In this document: in pieces, positions 30,391-38,747 of the stretch | Layout: every line of letters starts with the position of its first letter | Numbering within the stretch: the first letter of the stretch is position 1 | Source of the DNA: Thermodesulfobacteriota bacterium | Lineage (GTDB): Bacteria; Desulfobacterota_D; UBA1144 | Assembly: GCA_036340075.1 (NCBI GenBank) | Contig: JAYYZJ010000001.1 | Span: forward strand, 1 to 60,660 | Direction: 5' to 3' | Length of the DNA: 60,660 nt | The notes under the pieces: generated by a model | Told to the model about the DNA's origin: nothing | Databases searched by the model: none | Seen by the model: only the letters and a program-made list of their open reading frames with translations | Position numbers and translations under genes: made by a program

Positions 30391-30748
30391 CTTTTTAATA
30401 ATATTATTTATTGCTAATCTTACAATAAACTCTTTCGGTAATAATTCTTTGTATGAAATATCAAATGAGTTAATGTGCCCAGTATGCCAAGGTCAGACAG
30501 TAGCTGAATCCAATTCAAAACTAGCTATTTCAATGCGTGAAGTCATAAGAAATAAAATTTCTAAAGGTGAAACAAAAGATGAGATTCTAGCATATTTTGT
30601 TCTTCAGTATGGGGACAGTATTTTGTCTAAGCCACCTGCTAAAGGACTAAATATACTTTTATGGATATTCCCTCCATTTCTCTTAATTGGGTCATTAGCA
30701 TTCTGGATACTAAGAATTAAAAAAAAACAAAAACACGGCCTCAATTAA
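30365..30748 (+). CDS. ccmH: Cytochrome c biogenesis protein CcmH/CcmL
   Basis: LMCPVCQGQTVAESN, YG..IL..PP and LLW..P. Start ATG 30365 (TTG 30356 possible). Confidence 0.9.
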   Translation: MRNLNLLNSFLIILFIANLTINSFGNNSLYEISNELMCPVCQGQTVAESNSKLAISMREVIRNKISKGETKDEILAYFVLQYGDSILSKPPAKGLNILLWIFPPFLLIGSLAFWILRIKKKQKHGLN

Positions 30749-31730
30749 CATTATCTTCGTAAAGATATTTTTCAAACTTTTTGCTAAAGATAACTTTAGT
30801 TAATTTCCTATCCTCATAAATAATAAGAATAGGAATTTCTAGATTATGCACGTTGTCATATTTTTTATTTTTAAAATCAGAAAGATTGTAGACATTTGCT
30901 AATATATTGTTGTTGGCAGGAGAATCTGAAGCTATTATAACAAAGATATTATTTTGAAATGAAACTATATTCTTTTTTGCATCTATATAATATGTCTTGA
31001 TTTTATTTTTTTTAAAATTGTTCAAATAAGAAAAAGAATCAATTGAGTTTATATTTACACCAACTGCGGAAAGTTTCTTAATTATAGACTCACTCAAAAA
31101 ACTTTTTCCTGATTGATTATTTTTAGAATCATCAAAATCTCTTCTGTGAAAAGTTGTACCAAAATTAATCATATATGAAGTCACATTATTCTTTTCAAGA
31201 AAATACTTAATGTCTTCAACAACTATACCTTCGATTATTGAATCGAATGATATTTTGGTGCAGCTTTGGGTTTTAAAAAATACATTAGATATCTTTTTTT
31301 CAACATTATCAAGAGAAATGCATTTATCATACAAATCAGAATTTAAAAGAAAATTAACTTTCTCTAATTTAGTGCTAGATGCAATGACCGAAAAAGTAGT
31401 TGGATCGAATTTACCCTTAGAAATTTCTTTAAAATTGACTAAAATTTTAAAACTATCTACAAATAAGTCAGGTAAAGAAATTTCACTATATTTTTCCATT
31501 CTATTAAATCTTGATACAAAAGAATCTGACTTGGAAGTGTCCAGAACAGACTGTATTATAGCTAATCTTTTCTGAATTTGTTTAAAGATTTGTTTGTTCA
31601 ACTCGTTGTTTTCTATATAGATTGTCAACTTGTTATTAAGTAAGTTATAATCTCTTTTGTTGTAATCAGTAGAAAATGAAAAGTTTGCAAAATTTAGTAA
31701 AAAAATTAGAATTAAAAATAATCTGAACAT
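30741..31730 (-). CDS. Divergent ApbE-like (FAD:protein FMN transferase fold) exported protein
   Basis: Signal peptide; S.VSRFN, S.GKFDPT, ISFDSIIEG..V and YMINFG appear in ApbE block order, but several conserved residues are changed. Confidence 0.6.
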   Translation of the reverse strand: MFRLFLILIFLLNFANFSFSTDYNKRDYNLLNNKLTIYIENNELNKQIFKQIQKRLAIIQSVLDTSKSDSFVSRFNRMEKYSEISLPDLFVDSFKILVNFKEISKGKFDPTTFSVIASSTKLEKVNFLLNSDLYDKCISLDNVEKKISNVFFKTQSCTKISFDSIIEGIVVEDIKYFLEKNNVTSYMINFGTTFHRRDFDDSKNNQSGKSFLSESIIKKLSAVGVNINSIDSFSYLNNFKKNKIKTYYIDAKKNIVSFQNNIFVIIASDSPANNNILANVYNLSDFKNKKYDNVHNLEIPILIIYEDRKLTKVIFSKKFEKYLYEDNVN

Positions 31731-32594
31731 ATGAGTTTGAAAGCTAAAAATAAATTTCTTAAATCTATTGAGATTATACCTCCTAGGTACAAAATTGATA
31801 ACACTTTAATTAAGAAGATAATTCAAAATCAAAAATATTTTGATTTTTTAGATATAGCTTGCTGCCCAATGGCAAATTTGCGTATATCACCTTTATCTTT
31901 TGCACACAATCTTATTATAAAAGGTGGTGATTATAAAAAGATAATTTTAAATTTTTCAACTAGAGACAAAAACACCCTAGCACTTCAAAGCGATATTCTA
32001 GGTACCTATTCTATGAAAGTAAATAAAGTTTTATTGATTAAAGGGGATCCATTAAAAATTGGTAATAGTAAAAAGTCAAAAGAAGTCTTTGAAATAAATA
32101 CAAACGAATTCATCAAAATAGTTGGTGATTTAAACAAAGGAAAAGATTATTTTGGGAACAAACTAAAGTTTAAAACTGATTTCATAACCGGATCTACTAT
32201 AAATATTGATAATAACTTAAAGATTCTAAAGTCTACAATTTCAAAAAGAATGTCAATAGGATCAGATTTCTTTATCACTCAGCCAGTCTATACGGATAAT
32301 GATTTTGAAAAACTAATTAAATTATCAAAACGTAAGAACTATAAAATTTTAGGTGGAATACTTCCAATCAAAAACAAAAAGACTTTATATAATATGCAAA
32401 ACAAGATCAACGGAATATCTAAAAAGAATATATTGTTTAAGAAATTATCAGAATCCAACGAGAGAGATTTTGCTAAAATATCTATAGATTACTTTGTTAA
32501 TTTGTTAACGAAAAATAAAAAGTATATTGATGGAATACATATAATGACATCTGGTGATATTAAATTAGCAGCTAAAATTAGCAAAATTATTTAA
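31731..32594 (+). CDS. metF: Methylenetetrahydrofolate reductase-like protein
   Basis: EI.PP, RDKN..ALQS..LG, GDP, G.DFFITQPVY, GILP and GIHIM. Confidence 0.75.
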   Translation: MSLKAKNKFLKSIEIIPPRYKIDNTLIKKIIQNQKYFDFLDIACCPMANLRISPLSFAHNLIIKGGDYKKIILNFSTRDKNTLALQSDILGTYSMKVNKVLLIKGDPLKIGNSKKSKEVFEINTNEFIKIVGDLNKGKDYFGNKLKFKTDFITGSTINIDNNLKILKSTISKRMSIGSDFFITQPVYTDNDFEKLIKLSKRKNYKILGGILPIKNKKTLYNMQNKINGISKKNILFKKLSESNERDFAKISIDYFVNLLTKNKKYIDGIHIMTSGDIKLAAKISKII

Positions 32595-33269
32595 ATGCCT
32601 GACACGAAAAATACTTTTGATTCAATTTCAAGTAAATACGATCTGATAAATGAAATTATTAGCTTAAAAAGACATAATAAGTGGAAAAAAGATTTCATTT
32701 TAATGTTGAATCCACATGGTGAAGTATTAGATATAGCTACTGGTACTGGAGATGTAGCATTAATGATAAAGAATCAATTCTCTAACGTTAATGTTACAGC
32801 AATTGATCCAAGCGAAAAAATGCTAAAAATAGCTAAACAAAGAAACAAAAAAGATGATATTAATTACATAAATGCATACTGCGAAGATATCCCCTTTTCT
32901 GATTCAACTTTTGATTTTATAACAATATCTTTTGGTTTAAGAAACACAAAATCGATAGATAAAAGTCTAGATGAGATTAGAAGAGTTTTAAAAAATGATG
33001 GTAAATTCATGATAATGGAATTTTCTAAAAGCGAAAATTTTTTTACCAAAGTTCTATATAAAGTATATCTAAATCTTATAATACCATTGATAGGACTTTT
33101 ATTTGGAAAATTTAAAGAATATCGATATTTAGCCTCATCAATAGAATCATTTTATACACCAAGTGAAATGGCTAAAAAAATAACGTCTAAAGGTTTCGAT
33201 GTTAAAAAAAGAACTGAATACAATTTAGGTTTAGTTACAGTTTACGAAATAAAAAAAACTAAATCTTGA
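32595..33269 (+). CDS. menG: Demethylmenaquinone methyltransferase (UbiE/MenG)
   Basis: FD.I...YD.IN..IS, LDIATGTGD, ISFGLRN, EFS and Y.YL..SI. Confidence 0.9.
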   Translation: MPDTKNTFDSISSKYDLINEIISLKRHNKWKKDFILMLNPHGEVLDIATGTGDVALMIKNQFSNVNVTAIDPSEKMLKIAKQRNKKDDINYINAYCEDIPFSDSTFDFITISFGLRNTKSIDKSLDEIRRVLKNDGKFMIMEFSKSENFFTKVLYKVYLNLIIPLIGLLFGKFKEYRYLASSIESFYTPSEMAKKITSKGFDVKKRTEYNLGLVTVYEIKKTKS

Positions 33270-34257
33270 AAGTTAGTAAAATTTGATTTTGATATTCTTC
33301 TACTTCTTTATCGTCCAAATAATAATGTGGAGCTGAAAGTATTGGCAAACTTACAAATTCTTTATACTCTACTAATTGTTCCTTTGCTTCGTCTGGTGAT
33401 CCACATATAGCAAAATTTTCTACCATTTCATTGCTTACATTATTAATCATACCGTTAATGTCGCCTTCAAAAAAACATTGTCTAATTTTTTTGATATTCT
33501 TTTCAAATCCTAATTCTATGAATGGTTTTGAATAAGCTTTCACTGTTGTATAAAAAGCTATAGTGCCTTTGGCATCATTGATTGCCTTCTTCTTATTATT
33601 ATTAATCGAACAGAGAATTATTGAAGATTTAGTAAAATTTTCCCTATTTTCACCTAAAATAGGTGAAATATTCGATTTTATATATGATTTAGAGCATACA
33701 ACATGTCCAATATGACCTTGAAATAATTTTTTTGATATATTAGTCATTTTAGGACCTATGGCGGCTAAAAACAGCGGTATTTCGTTTCTAAAAGTGTTAA
33801 AAGGTCTTCTGAAAGATTTTATTTCTAAGTCGTAATTTTCATCTTTGTAAATCAAATCTTTCTTTGAAACTATAGAAGATTCAATAGCACGAAAGGTTTT
33901 GTAAAAACTTTCAATTCTATCTGATGGTTTATCAAAATTTCTATTCCCATGCCACTTTCTATTTGTATTAATAGCACCTGACCCTATTCCTAATATAAGT
34001 CTACCTTGTGAAATTTCATCAATATCTAATGCTGAAAGTACATTTATTAATGGAGATCTAGTGAATGCTAAAGTAACAGCAGAGCCAATATTAATTTTAT
34101 TTGTACACTGAGATACAAAAACTAATTGTTCGAACGAGCTTCTAAAAAGTTCCGTCACCCATAAAGAATGAAAACCGTATTCTTCGGCTTTAATTGAAAG
34201 ACTTTTAATATTTTGTAAAGAATTTGGATCTAGTATTAGGCCTATATTGTTTGTCAT
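33259..34257 (-). CDS. LLM-class flavin-dependent oxidoreductase
   Basis: AEE.GF.SLW..E, GSAV..AFTRSP, S.GR.ILGIG, P.FLAA.GPKM and G.PDE. Confidence 0.85.
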   Translation of the reverse strand: MTNNIGLILDPNSLQNIKSLSIKAEEYGFHSLWVTELFRSSFEQLVFVSQCTNKINIGSAVTLAFTRSPLINVLSALDIDEISQGRLILGIGSGAINTNRKWHGNRNFDKPSDRIESFYKTFRAIESSIVSKKDLIYKDENYDLEIKSFRRPFNTFRNEIPLFLAAIGPKMTNISKKLFQGHIGHVVCSKSYIKSNISPILGENRENFTKSSIILCSINNNKKKAINDAKGTIAFYTTVKAYSKPFIELGFEKNIKKIRQCFFEGDINGMINNVSNEMVENFAICGSPDEAKEQLVEYKEFVSLPILSAPHYYLDDKEVEEYQNQILLTFKI

Positions 34258-34267
34258 TAAAATATTT

Positions 34268-34693
34268 TTAATCTTTTTCTTTTGGTGTTATATCTTCAGA
34301 CTTAGTTTCTACTGAGTCGTCGATTTTGAATGGTACATCTAAATCTACCAACTCAATAGCAGAAATAGGTGCAGCATCACCACGTCTATGATTCAACTTA
34401 ATAATTCTTGTATAACCACCAGGTCTATTAACATAAGATGGTGCGATTGTATCAAATAATTTAGTAAGAACATTTCTATCTTTAATTTTTGTATTAACTA
34501 ATCGTCTAGAATGAACAGTGTCTGTTCGAGCTATAGTGATTATTTTTTCGCTAAACCTTTTTAGTTCTTTTGCTCTTGCATCAGTAGTTGTTATTCTTCC
34601 ATGCTTAAATAGTTCGGTACAAAGATTTCTTAGAAGCGACATTCTATGTCCTGTCTTTAAACCCAACTTGCCTTTCCTGACTCTATGTCTCAT
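34268..34693 (-). CDS. rplQ: 50S ribosomal protein L17
   Basis: MRHR...KLG and R.GGYTRI.K...R.GD.A. Confidence 0.97.
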   Translation of the reverse strand: MRHRVRKGKLGLKTGHRMSLLRNLCTELFKHGRITTTDARAKELKRFSEKIITIARTDTVHSRRLVNTKIKDRNVLTKLFDTIAPSYVNRPGGYTRIIKLNHRRGDAAPISAIELVDLDVPFKIDDSVETKSEDITPKEKD

Positions 34694-34694
34694 C

Positions 34695-35741
34695 TTATTC
34701 TACAACTTCCTCAGTTTCTTCTGAAGTATCTTCCTGTTTTACTCTTTGTTGGTAATACAAATCTTTATTTATACCTTCACCTAATTTTAAATTAAATTGA
34801 GCAACTACATCTCTCACTTCAAATAAAGATCTTTTACCAAAATTTTCTAGATTTAATAAATCTTCTTCTGTCAGTTGTATCAAATCACCTAAATATTTTA
34901 TATTGGCTTTAGCTAAACAATTTAGAGACCTTGCGGAAAATTCTAAATCTTCTACTTTGGTAAACAATTTATCTTCAGCACCTGTTATTTCTTCCTGTTC
35001 TTCGTCAACTATTGGTATAGCATCAATTTCTTCTTCATCAAAATTAACAAAAACCGTTAATTGTTCTTTAAGTATTTTCGCACCATAAGCAAGTGCATCT
35101 TCTGGTAAAATTGTTCCATTAGTCCATACTTCCATTGTAAGTCTTTCATAATCAGTTCTTTTATCAACTCTAGCGTTTGTAACATCGTAATTAACTTTAA
35201 TAACAGGAGAAAAAATAGCATCGATTAGAATCTCCCCTATTTCCTTATTGACCTCTTCCATTGCTTCAGTTGGAACATAGCCTCTTCCCATTTCGACTGT
35301 GAGCTCTATCTTAAGTTTTGAACCTTCAGAAAGTGTTGCAATATATTGATCTTCATTAATTATTTCAACATTTTGATTAACTTGTATGTTGCCAGCCTTT
35401 ACTACTCCCTCACCAGATGCATCTAAATAAATCTTTTGTGGTTCGTAAGTATGTAGTTTTAAATTTAATTGTTTTAAATTTAAAATAATTTCAGTAACAT
35501 CTTCTCTTACTCCGGGAATAGATGAGAATTCATGCATAACTCCGTCTATATTTACCATTGTTATCGCTGGTCCTTGGATTGAAGATAAGAGTATTCTTCT
35601 TAGTGAATTTCCTATAGTGGTTGCATATCCCTTTTCAAAAGGTTGACATACAAACTTCCCATAAGTATCAGACTTAGATTTTTGATCTACTTGAATAAAT
35701 TTTGGTCTATGTAAACCTAACCAATTTCTTTGAAATTCCAT
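34695..35741 (-). CDS. rpoA: RNA polymerase alpha subunit
   Basis: GNSLRRILLSS, HEFS.IPGV.ED, DAIFSPV and the CTD NFGKRSL.E. Confidence 0.98.
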   Translation of the reverse strand: MEFQRNWLGLHRPKFIQVDQKSKSDTYGKFVCQPFEKGYATTIGNSLRRILLSSIQGPAITMVNIDGVMHEFSSIPGVREDVTEIILNLKQLNLKLHTYEPQKIYLDASGEGVVKAGNIQVNQNVEIINEDQYIATLSEGSKLKIELTVEMGRGYVPTEAMEEVNKEIGEILIDAIFSPVIKVNYDVTNARVDKRTDYERLTMEVWTNGTILPEDALAYGAKILKEQLTVFVNFDEEEIDAIPIVDEEQEEITGAEDKLFTKVEDLEFSARSLNCLAKANIKYLGDLIQLTEEDLLNLENFGKRSLFEVRDVVAQFNLKLGEGINKDLYYQQRVKQEDTSEETEEVVE

Positions 35742-35749
35742 ATTTTCTC

Positions 35750-36379
35750 CTATAATTTTGAATAAAACTCAATTATTAATTGCTCGTCAAGTGGCAATGT
35801 AAAATCTTCCCTTCCAGGTAGTCTTTTAACAGTCCCAGTTAATTTTTGTGAATCTAATTCTAACCATTCTGGTACACCTCGTCTTGCTACTGATTCAACA
35901 GAACTCTTAATTCTATTGTTTTCTTGAGATTTTTCTCTAATTGAAATACTATCTTCTACAGAAACAAGAAAAGAAGGGATAGTTACTTTTTTTCCATTTA
36001 CAAGTATATGTCCATGATTAACATATTGTCTTGCTTCATTTCTTGAGCTTAGCAATCCTAATCTGTAAACGACATTATCCAACCTTCTTTCAAGATTAGA
36101 TATCAAATTGTGACCAGTTACGCCTTTTTGATTAGTAGATCTAATAAAATTATTTCTAAACTGTTTTTCCGTTAGTCCAAATATTCTTTTCAGCTTCTGT
36201 TTTTCTCTAAGTCTAACTCCATATTCAGAATCCTTGTGTCTATAATTAGTTTGTGATTGTCCGGGTTTGATATTTAATCTTCTTGCTGCTTTATCAGTAT
36301 AAGATCTATCACCTTTCAAAAAAAGCTCTTGCCCTTCTCTTCTTGACAGTTTTGTTGTTGGTCCAATATATCTTGCCAA
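35750..36379 (-). CDS. rpsD: 30S ribosomal protein S4
   Basis: ARY.GP, L.EKQK and LERRLDNVVYRLG. TTG start at 36379 with AGAGGG upstream. Confidence 0.96.
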   Translation of the reverse strand: MARYIGPTTKLSRREGQELFLKGDRSYTDKAARRLNIKPGQSQTNYRHKDSEYGVRLREKQKLKRIFGLTEKQFRNNFIRSTNQKGVTGHNLISNLERRLDNVVYRLGLLSSRNEARQYVNHGHILVNGKKVTIPSFLVSVEDSISIREKSQENNRIKSSVESVARRGVPEWLELDSQKLTGTVKRLPGREDFTLPLDEQLIIEFYSKL

Positions 36380-36389
36380 TTTTTCCCTC

Positions 36390-36773
36390 TTAAACTCTTC
36401 TTTGTGCCGGTGGCCTACAACCATTATGTGGCAATGGAGTTACATCCTTAATTAAATTAATTTTAATACCTGCATTTTGTATAGATCTAATTGCAGTTTC
36501 TCTTCCAGGTCCTGGTCCTTTAACAAAAACAGCAATAGTTTTCATTCCAAAATCAGCTGCTTTTCTTGCAGCTTCTTCTGCAGATAATTGTGCAGCAAAT
36601 GGAGTCCCCTTACGAGTGCCTTTAAAACCCTTCATTCCTGCTGCTGCTGATGAAATAACATTTCCTTCCTCATCAGTAATTGTAATTATAGTGTTATTGA
36701 AAGTCGCTTGAATATGTGCCTGACCTGATTCAACAAACTTTTTAACTTTCTTATTTTTCTTATTTTTTTTCAA
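36390..36773 (-). CDS. rpsK: 30S ribosomal protein S11
   Basis: ATFNNT, TPFAAQ and [12 protein letters not shown]. Confidence 0.97.
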   Translation of the reverse strand: MKKNKKNKKVKKFVESGQAHIQATFNNTIITITDEEGNVISSAAAGMKGFKGTRKGTPFAAQLSAEEAARKAADFGMKTIAVFVKGPGPGRETAIRSIQNAGIKINLIKDVTPLPHNGCRPPAQRRV

Positions 36774-36787
36774 TCAAAAGTACTCCT

Positions 36788-37171
36788 TTATTTAATCCCT
36801 GCTTGTTTTTTCTTGGCAATAGCAAGTCCTTTCTTTCCACGTCTTGTTCTTGCATTTGACTTTGTTCTTTGTCCTCTGGTAGGTAATTTCTTTCTATGTC
36901 TTATTCCTCTATAAGAACCAATCTCTTGAAGTCTTTTTATGTTATTTTGAGTATCTACTCTCAGTTCACCTTCAACTAGATATTTCTCTTCAATTAATTG
37001 CCTTATTTTGCTAACATCAGAATCAGTTAAATCTTTGGTTCTTAAAGAAGGATCTATGTCTGCACTTTTAAGAATATCGCTAGAAATCTTCTTTCCTATT
37101 CCGTAAATATAGGTCAAAGCAATAACAACTCTTTTTTCATCTGGTATGTCAACTCCTGCAATTCTAGGCAT
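36788..37171 (-). CDS. rpsM: 30S ribosomal protein S13
   Basis: [16 protein letters not shown] and RGQRTK.NARTR. Confidence 0.97.
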   Translation of the reverse strand: MPRIAGVDIPDEKRVVIALTYIYGIGKKISSDILKSADIDPSLRTKDLTDSDVSKIRQLIEEKYLVEGELRVDTQNNIKRLQEIGSYRGIRHRKKLPTRGQRTKSNARTRRGKKGLAIAKKKQAGIK

Positions 37172-37208
37172 AAAACTCCGTTAAAACCTCTTATTATATA
37201 TGATAATT

Positions 37209-37427
37209 TTACTTCAATCTATATGTTATTCGCCCTTTTGTCAAATCATAAGGTGATACTTCAACTTTCACTTTATCACCAGGCAAAATCCTTATAAAAT
37301 GAGTTCTCATCTTACCTGAAACATAAGCCAGAATCTGGTGTTTGTTTTCAAGCTCAACCTTAAACATAGCATTTGGTAATGCTTCTAATATAGTTCCTTC
37401 TAATTCTATTCTGTCTTCTTTAGCCAT
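37209..37427 (-). CDS. infA: Translation initiation factor IF-1
   Basis: LPNAMF.V.LEN, SGKMR...IRIL.GD and PYDL..GRI. Confidence 0.97.
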   Translation of the reverse strand: MAKEDRIELEGTILEALPNAMFKVELENKHQILAYVSGKMRTHFIRILPGDKVKVEVSPYDLTKGRITYRLK

Positions 37428-37431
37428 ATAA

Positions 37432-38196
37432 TTAGTTAGTTAAAATCATTGGACCTTTGGAAGTAATAGCTATAGTGTGCTCGAAGTGAGCAGACCAGCT
37501 TCCATCCTTTGTTTTTACTGTCCATTTGTCATCTGGTGATACGAATACTTCATATTCTCCCATATTGACCATTGGTTCAATTGCCAAAACCATTCCCTCC
37601 TTTAAATCTATTGAATCTTCTCTGTCATCATTTGAGGTAACAAAATTTGGTATTTGTGGGTCCTCGTGAAGGCTTCTGCCTATACCATGACCAACAAAGT
37701 CTGTTACAACAGAAAAACCATTTTTCTCAACAAATTCTTGAATTGTTTTCGAAATATCAAACAACTTGTTTCCTGGCTTTGCTTTGCTAATACCAAGATT
37801 TAATGACTCCTTCGTTACTTTAATTAATTCATCTACCTTTTTATCGACATTACCAACGGTAAACGTAAAAGCACCATCAGCATAAAATCCATCTTTAAAA
37901 ACTCCAAAATCAATTCCTACAATATCACCTTCGTTTAAAATTCTTTCTTTAGAAGGTATGCCATGAACAACTTCTTCATTTATAGATGCACATGTAGTTG
38001 CAGGAAAACCTTGATATCCTTTAAATGCTGGCTTGAAACCATTTTTTTTAGCAAGTTCTTCAGCAAGTATATCTATCTCCCATGTTGAAATTCCTGGCTT
38101 AATCATTTCTTTTAATAATCTCTGCAGTTCTCCTATAACTGAACCACATCTTTTTATTTTTTTAATATCTTTAGAATTCTTAATCTTTATATCCAT
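37432..38196 (-). CDS. map: Methionine aminopeptidase, type I
   Basis: [27 protein letters not shown] and SAHFEHT. Confidence 0.97.
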   Translation of the reverse strand: MDIKIKNSKDIKKIKRCGSVIGELQRLLKEMIKPGISTWEIDILAEELAKKNGFKPAFKGYQGFPATTCASINEEVVHGIPSKERILNEGDIVGIDFGVFKDGFYADGAFTFTVGNVDKKVDELIKVTKESLNLGISKAKPGNKLFDISKTIQEFVEKNGFSVVTDFVGHGIGRSLHEDPQIPNFVTSNDDREDSIDLKEGMVLAIEPMVNMGEYEVFVSPDDKWTVKTKDGSWSAHFEHTIAITSKGPMILTN

Positions 38197-38198
38197 AA

Positions 38199-38744
38199 CT
38201 AAATTTCTTTTACTATACTATCAAAAACTTCATCGATGGTCCCTACACCTTTAATATCAACAAGTAAATCTGATTTTTTATAATATTCTTTAATCGGAAG
38301 TGTTTGTTCTTTGTAAACACTTAATCTATTTGAAATAGTTTCTCTATTGTCATCACTTCTACCTCTTAAAAGCAATCGTTCGATAAGATCTTCATCTGGG
38401 ACTTCTATGGAAACTACTTTGTCTATTTTTAATGAATTCTCGTGAAGCATTACATCTAAAGCTTCCGCTTGAGATATTGTTCTAGGAAAACCATCAAGCA
38501 AAAATCCATTACTTTCTTTATTCGATATGATTTTGTTTTTAATCATTCCTATAATTAATTCATCAGTAACAAGTTCGCCTGCGTCCATAAATTTCTTTGC
38601 AAGCAATCCAAGCTCAGTCTCATTACTTACTTCCTCTCTCAAAATGTCACCTGTAGATAAATGAAGAAGATTGAACTTTTCTTTTAATAAATCTGCCTGT
38701 GTACCTTTACCAGCACCAGGTGGGCCAAATAAAATAATAATCAT
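38199..38744 (-). CDS. adk: Adenylate kinase, short-LID type
   Basis: GPPGAGKGTQ, STGD.LR, LDGFPR and RGRSDD; 181 aa. Confidence 0.96.
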   Translation of the reverse strand: MIIILFGPPGAGKGTQADLLKEKFNLLHLSTGDILREEVSNETELGLLAKKFMDAGELVTDELIIGMIKNKIISNKESNGFLLDGFPRTISQAEALDVMLHENSLKIDKVVSIEVPDEDLIERLLLRGRSDDNRETISNRLSVYKEQTLPIKEYYKKSDLLVDIKGVGTIDEVFDSIVKEI

Positions 38745-38747
38745 ATA

